Part shown: positions 55,534 to 64,000 of the stretch, piece after piece
Layout: the number at the start of each line of letters is the position of its first letter
Numbering within the stretch: the first letter of the stretch is position 1
The notes under the pieces: generated by a model
What the model saw: the letters and a program-made list of their open reading frames with translations, nothing else
Databases searched by the model: none
Told to the model about the DNA's origin: nothing
Origin: Octopus vulgaris
Lineage: Eukaryota
Direction of reading: 5' to 3'
DNA length: 64,000 nt
Assembly: GCA_951406725.2 (NCBI GenBank)
Contig: OX597831.1
Coordinates: 14,756,001-14,820,000 of the forward strand
Position numbers and translations under genes: made by a program

Positions 55534-55562
55534 GAAGAATAAGAAGAAGAAGAAGAAGAAGA
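55229..55562. repeat. Compound (AGC)(AGT)(AAT)(AAG) microsatellite
   Basis: Direct inspection. Confidence 0.95.
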
Positions 55563-56015
55563 AAAGAGCTTTCAGAAATTACATGGTTATTTTGAACACT
55601 ATAAAGAATATCGAGAGTTTATAGATAAAGAAATCTATGAAGAAGATAATTTCTTTTGAAATTGCATTTGTTTACTGAAGTCCTCAAAAGGTAGCACTGT
55701 AGGTGTAGAGATGAGTGATAGTATCTATGAAAAATATATTGTTTGTTAGACAATTGTCACCTTTCCTAAGTTGGACGCTGATATCTAGCGTTACTATCTT
55801 TGCGTAAAAATGTGAAAGATCTCTTGTAAAAAGAATTCTTTAAAAATGCACATTTATAAAGAGATAACGCAATATTTTACGAAACTTTGTGATTGAAGCT
55901 TGTTTGCACCCATAGAAATGGTCAAACATTTTAGAGACTAAACACACACACACACACACTCATCACATAATTTGAAATATCTATTTGTCGGTTTTGTTAG
56001 GGATAATATAAATAA

Positions 56016-58010
56016 CTAGTAGAAGTACCCGGCGTTGCTCGGGTTTCAAATACAACACCGTTTTGGTTACTTAGTTAAATTCCTGTCATAAATAATGTTA
56101 ACGCCAAATTGTCGTTTATTGTAACAAAATTGGTCGCCGGGTAAAGCGATAACAGTTTGATACGAAGTCCTGAGGTGGGCTTTAATGCGTTCTGAGATGG
56201 TGTAACAATCACGGGTGTTTTCTCGTTCTCACAGCGGTAACAATTTGATAAGAAACCCTGAAAAGGGTTGCAATGCGTTCTCAGGTAGTGTGATAATCGT
56301 ACGTAAGATTGGAGCGGGAAAAGGCTTTTTTTTCTCTACACCGAAAGCAACGGAACTGTTGTTGTGAAATATGAAACTCTGTGAAAACAGATGACGAACC
56401 CAAGTTGGACAAAAACAAAGAAACATGGCTGAGGAAAGTTACTATCTTTGAAATCATCACAACAGTAGCACTCACTATATATCAGGTCCGCAAGGTTGCA
56501 GTAGTGTAGTGAAAGCACTGGGGTTCACGAATTCAAAAGCAGATGGCGCCTGAAGTTCCTACAACACGTCTCTGTAGACCACATTTTTCGTGTTGCCATT
56601 AGGGGCAAATGCGAATAGATTTTGTTCGCATCCATCTCTGGAGCATCCGACCCATAACTGGCCATGAGAGAAACATGGCTCGCCCACTTTATTTTGGCAG
56701 CCGAAGCACACTCTCTTTTACGACCAAGTTGCGTGCTTTTCTTAGGTGGCGTGGCGGTAGTATTGGGCTACGTTTAAATTGCTAGTTTTAAAAATGGACA
56801 AAAGGGGACGCTGAAAACTGAATTTGGTAGGAGGTATAAAAAGTGAACCTACAAAACGTATTATTCAATAAAGGAGGAAGCAGAGACAGCTATCTGGACA
56901 CAAAAACACTGACTACAATATTTTTTAACGACACGTAAGCAAAAAACTGGTAAGCGGCAACAATATGAAGGAAATAAGTTGAGTATGAGGACAACGAAAA
57001 AATTCAACAGGAAGTTAAAGCAATAATGTGTGTCAAATGGTAGGCCTAAACTTTAAGCCGAAGCACGCATCAGATATGCACAAAAGCGCTTCAATAATTA
57101 CGCTTTGACACCGGCACAATCAGGTGACCAGTGTTGCACCAATGAAATTCAGTTAAAGAGTTAATTGGACGGGCTCATTACAGTGGACAATCAATAGTGT
57201 TCACGCGCATAGGTCAAAGGTCATGTTCACAGTTCACCCCTTAGTGGAAGACCATTGACATGATGTCGTTACGGTAAATGGTGGTGAAAAGGGGGCATTA
57301 TGATCGTCGGCGATAATGGTGGGGAAGCAAGTAAAACAGGGGCCGTGGGGAAAGCAGTCATTCACACCCAATAAGGGGCTGAAGCGGTAGAGGGGCATCA
57401 TGGCCGTAGGCGATAACAGGTGGGGAGGGTTTAAGTAAACACCAAAGTACACAGATCAAAAAGGTTGACGGTCCCATGTCAAAGGTCGGGGGTGGGTAAG
57501 TAATCACTAACGTACACAGACCAAATGAGCGAGGTAAAACTGCCCCACAATCCTTGATTTGTGAGTGAACGGCAGAAGTTGTAAACAAAAACCAATTTTA
57601 ATTCGGTAAATTGTAAGATTTAATGCGAAAAGAAATAAAACATTAGTTCAAAGCACGGGTAATAATATTCTTGCCAAATTTGGATCGAATCGGTTTTGGA
57701 ACCGTGGAGGTTTATTGGCAAAAAACCGAATTTTACGCAGTTATTCGCAGACTTTCATATTCACGTAGATTGACTTGACAACGACATAATTTTAAGACAA
57801 TTCTTAAAGGATGAGTAATAGTTGTGCCAAATCGGAAATTATTGGCAAAAAACAGACTTTTACGTAATTTTTCGTGGATTTTCCAAAGTTATCGGGGAGG
57901 ACCTTGACAAAACATTTAAGCAAAACAATGTTTATGTCAAGAGTAATGTTCGTGTCAAATTTGGAGGAGATCGCTCGAAAAAACCATGGAGTTATGGGGA
58001 AAAAAACTGG
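56016..58010 (-). mobile_element. Helitron remnant (3' end firm, 5' extent approximate)
   Basis: Minus-strand 3' hairpin ACCCG-agcaacgc-CGGGT plus acttctaCTAG|T at 56016-56044; helicase tail at 56559-56687; caaatttgga..ga.tcg repeats near 57675 and 57955. Confidence 0.75.
56559..56687 (-). pseudogene. Helitron RepHel Pif1-helicase C-terminal fragment
   Basis: VGEPCFSHGQLWVGCSRDGCEQNLFAFAPNGNTKNVVYRDVL* matches the FSHGQLYVAxSR...TxNxVYxEVL end of Helitron helicases. Confidence 0.9.
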
Positions 58011-58085
58011 TCTTCTGAACAGTTAGTCGCGGTTTTTGGTCTGGGATCTGGAAAATATAAAGTAGGTCATGACTACCCTTCGAGC

Positions 58086-58245
58086 ACATTATTTACATTA
58101 TTTACAATTGACGGATATTTGTCCTCATCTTGTTTATTAACACAACGCTTTGGCTGATATACCTTTCAGCCTTCATCAGGTGTCTTGGCGAAATTTCGAA
58201 CCTCATTCCTAAGATATTTTTCGATGTTGTTGTTGTTGTTGTTGC

Positions 58246-58334
<89 letters not shown>

Positions 58335-58430
58335 TCACTGCCTGGAATCGAACTCGAAATCTTGGGGTCATTATCCCGCGCTCTTCACTACTACGCCATA
58401 TGCCCGTAAATAATGTAAATAATGTAAATA
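58086..58430 (-). mobile_element. tRNA-headed SINE-like element with a hammerhead-containing 3' region
   Basis: Minus strand: head GGGCATATGGCGTAGTAGTGAAGAGCGCGG..GAGTTCGATTCCAGGCAGTGACC (58405-58331), then (AAT)n, then GACAC-CTGATGA-A-GGCTG aaaggtatat CAGCC-AAAG-CG-TT-GTGTT (58184-58139), then a (GTAAATAAT)n tail. Confidence 0.7.
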
Positions 58431-58513
58431 TTCTTCCCGTCATGCTAACACTTCTGCCTGCAGCAGAATTTCTTTATTCCTGCAACAATGGCAACCAAAT
58501 ATACATACATACA

Positions 58514-58594
<81 letters not shown>

Positions 58595-59324
58595 ATATGA
58601 AAGTAAAACCAAAATCTAGTCACTTAATATCCTACTGAAACGCTAAAATTAATAATGCATTAGAAGCCCGGATGTACCACTGGATCCAGATTGATAGACT
58701 GACAGAGTGTCTTTGTCTGTTTGCCTCTATATAGCAACGAGCAGACATAGAGAAAATACAGTACCAGCTTCCAAGTCATAGCAGGTCGTGAGTGATGGCT
58801 ATTTATTTATATTTTTCTATTAAAAGACAAACTGAAATTACTTTTAAAATTAAAAATCTTAAGAACCTTAAAAAAGAGAAATTCCCATCAGGTTTATTAC
58901 TTCGTTCCTCTTCTTCACCAAATTGCAAATTGCTTTACAATATTTTCCTTTTAAAACAGCAACAAAATGGTTTTTAATTTGTCATCTTAATTACGGTATT
59001 ACTAAAACAAACTCGAAAGAAATGTGGAAACCAAACAAAGAAGAAAACACTAGTTTCTATGAAATATTGGTGAAGAAATATTCCAGTTTGGTTAAAAAGA
59101 TTTCTGCTTGTCATCGTAATATTCTTTCAAGAGGAAAATATGGAAATATAAAATCTTGTAAAACATCTTATTTTCATTTTGCCAGTATTGTTAAGGATTA
59201 ACATTTTAATGAATATTTCTAAGAAATGTAAAATTTACTTCTTTATTTAGCTCTTGGTTTTTTACAATATTAGTCATCTTATCGTCGTTGACGTCATCGG
59301 TGTTGTCATCTCGTCGATTTGGAT

Positions 59325-59349
59325 GTCGTCATCATCATCCACATTATCA

Positions 59350-59383
<34 letters not shown>

Positions 59384-59395
59384 CCATCATCATCG

Positions 59396-59445
<50 letters not shown>

Positions 59446-59485
59446 GTCATCATCATCATCATCATCATCGTCGTCGTCATCGTCG

Positions 59486-59532
<47 letters not shown>

Positions 59533-59670
59533 GTCGTCGTCGTCGTCGTCGCGTCGTCGTCGTCGTCGCGTCGTCGTCGTCGTCGCGTCGTCGTCGTCGT
59601 CGCGTCGTCGTCGTTGTCGTTGTCGTCGTCGTCGTAATCATCCCCATCACCAACATCATCATCATCATCT
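59325..59670. repeat. (CAT)n/(CGT)n compound microsatellite
   Basis: Direct inspection. Confidence 0.95.
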
Positions 59671-59779
59671 TCTTCCTCTTAATCACAGAGCAGGTACGAA
59701 AAATTGAAAGAGTATTGTGAAGAAAGCGAGCAACGTTCAAACCCTGTCACGATCCACATTACCTTTTCTTCCTAATGAT

Positions 59780-60045
59780 TATCATTCCTTTATTGTCCAC
59801 AAGGGGCTACACACAGAAGAGACAAATGTATTAAGTAGATTACATCGGCCCCATAGCGTAAATGGTGCTTAATTTATCGACCCCGAAAGGATGAAAGACA
59901 AAGTCGACCTCGGTGGAATTTGAACTCAGAACATAACGGCAGTCGAAATACCTATTTCTTTACTACCCACAATACGGCTACGCATTTCGCCCGGCGTGCT
60001 AACGTTTCTGCCAGCTCCCCGCCTTTGATTTTCTGCCAGCTCGCT
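59780..60045 (-). mobile_element. SINE family B, rearranged
   Basis: ttaatttatcgaccccgaaaggatgaaagacaaagtcgacctcgg..gcatttcgcccggcgtgctaacgtttctgccagctc; the head end is locally duplicated. Confidence 0.85.
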
Positions 60046-60812
60046 TTCTAAGGATTGTGGATGAACACGATACACCCAATGATTCTCTTTAAGTCTCTTT
60101 GGGCGAACAGCACAAATGATAATTAAATTAAATATTCCATGAGCCATCGAAGATCACTCAATGCAGTCGCTCATCCTGGCAGATATAGCAGCTACGTCTC
60201 CCAGAAATCATACAAACTCAGTGATAAGTAACAACATGCGTAAAATGGGATGTTAACCGTTGAAAAGCGTGATTAACGACTTTCATCAAGGATATGTACT
60301 ATCGGGGTTGACCAGGGGCGAAACAGCGACAGTATCTCCACTTGGAAAAATTATCCGTAAAAATAGCAACAACGTTATGAAAAAAAAACAATCCGACTCC
60401 TGAAAATATTCTTTTCTTGATTGCCTGTAGTTTTTTCAGTGTGCAGGTGATGTTATTGGGCAGGTGTGAAGATGATAGGGTTAGTAAGAAAAACATTTAC
60501 ATATAATAATGCAATTGAATTAAGTTGAATAATTTATAACTGCAGGGAATTGTGTCCAGCGAAGGGTATTTGAAGACGTGAATTATGTTATCTTCGAAGT
60601 GGAAATCAAATTCTCAGAAGGTTTACTTCCAAGAAGTTATATATAAACAAACGCACACATACAAAGAACCTCACACTCACACAGACACAGTCCGGGATAC
60701 ACACACACACTCTCACACACATATACATGTGTATATATGTATATATATATATGTGTGTATGTGTATGTGCATATATATATATGTATATATACACATATAT
60801 TTTCACACACTC

Positions 60813-60862
<50 letters not shown>

Positions 60863-60917
60863 CGGTGCCCCAGCATGGCCTCAGCCGGATGGCTGAAACA
60901 AGTAAAAGAGTAAAAGA

Positions 60918-60950
<33 letters not shown>

Positions 60951-61106
60951 CATATATACATATATATATCAACACAAATAGACATAAATATATATTTATA
61001 TACACATGAATGTATATATATATATATATTATATAAATGTTTAATGTTTAATATATATATATTTACACACACGCATACATGCATGCACATGCACTCACAC
61101 ATACAT

Positions 61107-61161
<55 letters not shown>

Positions 61162-61689
61162 CATATAATGAATGTATAAGCACAGAAGTGATAAAATAAA
61201 CGAAAATTATGGAAATGTAATAATAACTTTGTGAAAATAAAGTGAAAGAATTTTAAAAATGAGATGTGAGAACGAGAGACACAAAATAAAAATGGATTGA
61301 GGATAATCAAGTGTTAGAATGAGAGAGGCAGAAGATTCAAAATGTCGGATTGTTTCCTGCATTTTTAACGTCATAAGTTATTAATTAAAATGTTGTGAAG
61401 CTGACGTGAAATGCTGAATTCAGCAGAATCATTCTTTGAAGAATTAACATCATACGATTTAAGTTTCTTCCAAATTAGGAAGTTGGACTAAATGATAGAA
61501 ACTCTGGAATGCCATATGGGACCTTCTCTGCTAAATATAAGACAACTGTATCTAACGACTGACAGAAGATTGTAAGTGTGCTGTCATTAGTTTCTAGAAT
61601 TAGCGACCAATTATCTTTCAATTTACCACCATATTATCGTAAAGGAAGGCTCGATACATTACAATTAACAATACAATATCTATCCATTT

Positions 61690-61874
61690 ACCTCCCTCCC
61701 TCCCTCCCTCCCTCCCTCCCTACCTACCTACCTACCTATCTACCTACCTACCTACCTACCTACCTACCTACCTACCTACCTACCTACCTACCTACATACA
61801 TACATACATACAAACCTACCTTCTTACCTACATACATACATATATACTTACCTACCTACATATCTATGTATGTA

Positions 61875-61970
<96 letters not shown>
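61690..61970. repeat. (CCCT)(CCTA)(CATA)(TATG)(TATC) compound microsatellite
   Basis: Direct inspection. Confidence 0.95.
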
Positions 61971-61971
<1 letters not shown>

Positions 61972-63340
61972 AACTGTGTGTCCATCTGTCTTTTTTTCTT
62001 CCAATCTGTCAGTTTGTCTGTCAGTCTGTGTTTGTGTGTGTGTGGAGAGAGAGTGAGAGAGACAGACAGAGACAGAGACAGAGAAAGAGAGAGAGAGAGA
62101 GGTAGAGAGAGAGAATGAGCGTTCGAGCGACAAACGAATAAAAGAAATGTTAAAATGATTAGATAGATATAAGTAGACTTCTCCGTATGTGGCTGTCGGC
62201 ATTAAGACAGAGACAGAAGAGAATGCTTTGAGATTCATATCTTGAAATGGAATATTATATAAACGGTGACATGTATCATAAGACGGAAAGAATATGGAAG
62301 AAACTGATGAAAGAAAGAAAGAAAGAAAGAAAGGAGGATGAAATTTAAGAAAGACTGGACTCTAACATCAATGCTGGAATGAGAAATTGTAATATCAGTC
62401 AGAGAGAGAATGGGAGTAAGAGGGGAGAAAGAGAAAGAGGAGAGAGATATGTGAATAGAGAAAGAGAGAGAGAGAGAGAAAGAAAGATGTATAGCGTATA
62501 TTAGAATGTGATAATTATATCTTGGAATAAGTGAATGGCTATTAATTGATGGCTAACGAAAAGCAGCAAGTTAGGAAGGAAGGAAGAAACGAAGGAAGGA
62601 AATCAGCAAAGGAAAAAAACGAAGAAAAAAAAAAACGGAGGAAGGAAGCCAGAATGGAGAAAAGAACTGTTGCAAAAAAAGAACGAAGCAAAACAAAAAG
62701 AAAAGACAAATAAAGAGAAAATAAAATAGAGGAAAGGAGACATGGCCAAGAAAAGAATAAAAAGGTCAGCCACAAAACAAGCAAATGCATAAAAAATATT
62801 ATAAAAGTACATAACACAACAGCCATACTGAAAAAAAAAACAATCAATGAGAAATATAATAAACCATAATTATACAAAATATATAAATAGCGAAATTAAT
62901 TAAAATGAAACACTCTCCATCGCATCATCAACAAATCTGTTGCATTTTCTTTAGAAACCTATAATATTTCCTGGATGGAGATGTCGTCGTGTCAGAACCC
63001 ATCATTTAAATATCTTTATTAGCGAAGTTAGAGGATTTACGCCTGGAAACTTTCCTGATATTCTTCCAATGTTTAGCAGAACTTTTATTGTGGTTTTCGT
63101 TCGTTACTTAATTTAGTAATTTTATTGCCAGCAATATTTTACCAGTATTCGTTTTTTATTGCCACTGCTGCTGCTGGTGCTGCTGGTGCTGCTGGTGCTG
63201 CTGTGGTTGTTGCTGTTGTTATTGTTGCCGGTGTTGTTGTTGCTTTACTAAATGATACGAGACAGGTGTTTACTTTCAATAGACATTTCGCCTCCCCCTA
63301 TCGACTTTCCCCAACATTTTATCTTTTAATATCACGCGAC

Positions 63341-63342
<2 letters not shown>

Positions 63343-63437
<95 letters not shown>

Positions 63438-63524
63438 ATATATGCATATATATACATACATTTGTATATATGTATATAGATATGTATATATATACATACA
63501 TATGTATACATATATATATATATA

Positions 63525-63577
<53 letters not shown>

Positions 63578-63665
63578 GTATATATATACATATAAATTTA
63601 TATATACACATACATACATTCAATTCATATGTATATATTTATATATATATATACATGTATACGTA
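63343..63665. repeat. (TA)n-rich low-complexity tract
   Basis: Direct inspection. Confidence 0.95.
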
Positions 63666-64000
63666 AATATGCGTGTATGTATGTCTACATCATTATGTAA
63701 ATTATCATACGATTTTATTGATATATTTGTGTGTGTGTGTGTGTGTGAATGTTTGTACGATTGTATATCTGAGCTCGCGAGCGTTCAAAATGAATGAGCT
63801 GTCGCAAATAAAAGAGTATTTAGGCAGAAGCGAATTGGTAAACCAAAGAGTAGGAATCCAATGTTTGCCTAGAACGGCTTCCATAGTCGAAGCAAGAGAA
63901 AGAAGTGTTGGCAAAATCCAAGTTCTTTTGTAAGGAATGAGTGCAAAAAAAAAAAGAAACGACAAAAACAAACAACCATAGTAAATAGAATATTGTTTGA

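Noticed and set aside
58331-58405. Possible true tRNA gene (also other SINE heads)
   Set aside because: No complete cloverleaf or acceptor stem; these are SINE heads embedded in repeats.

Overview
AT-rich eukaryotic intergenic or intronic DNA. It is saturated with microsatellites and with short interspersed repeats of the kind seen in octopod cephalopods; the Octopus attribution is my inference from the repeat repertoire. I can support no intact host protein-coding gene, and nearly all ORFs in the track are translated microsatellites or SINEs. Recognisable mobile DNA includes several tRNA-headed SINE families, Tc1/mariner remnants and MITEs, a hAT MITE with an 8-bp TSD, a pogo/Tigger-type MITE, two minus-strand Helitrons (one keeps the Pif1-helicase C-terminus), and LINE and Penelope-like fragments. 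The most striking signal is about a dozen minimal type I hammerhead-ribozyme (HHR) motifs from several unrelated sequence families. They have palindromic stem III loops and often sit in (TA)n-flanked, partly inverted (fold-back) cassettes, the architecture expected of Penelope-like element pseudo-LTRs. Two have an intact catalytic core (12393-12489 and 49790-49896), one pair carries the compensatory U3-A8 variant (5355-5395 and 5682-5722), and one is fused behind a tRNA-derived Pol III head, giving a SINE-hammerhead chimera (58086-58430). Coordinates were read by eye and may be off by a few bases.
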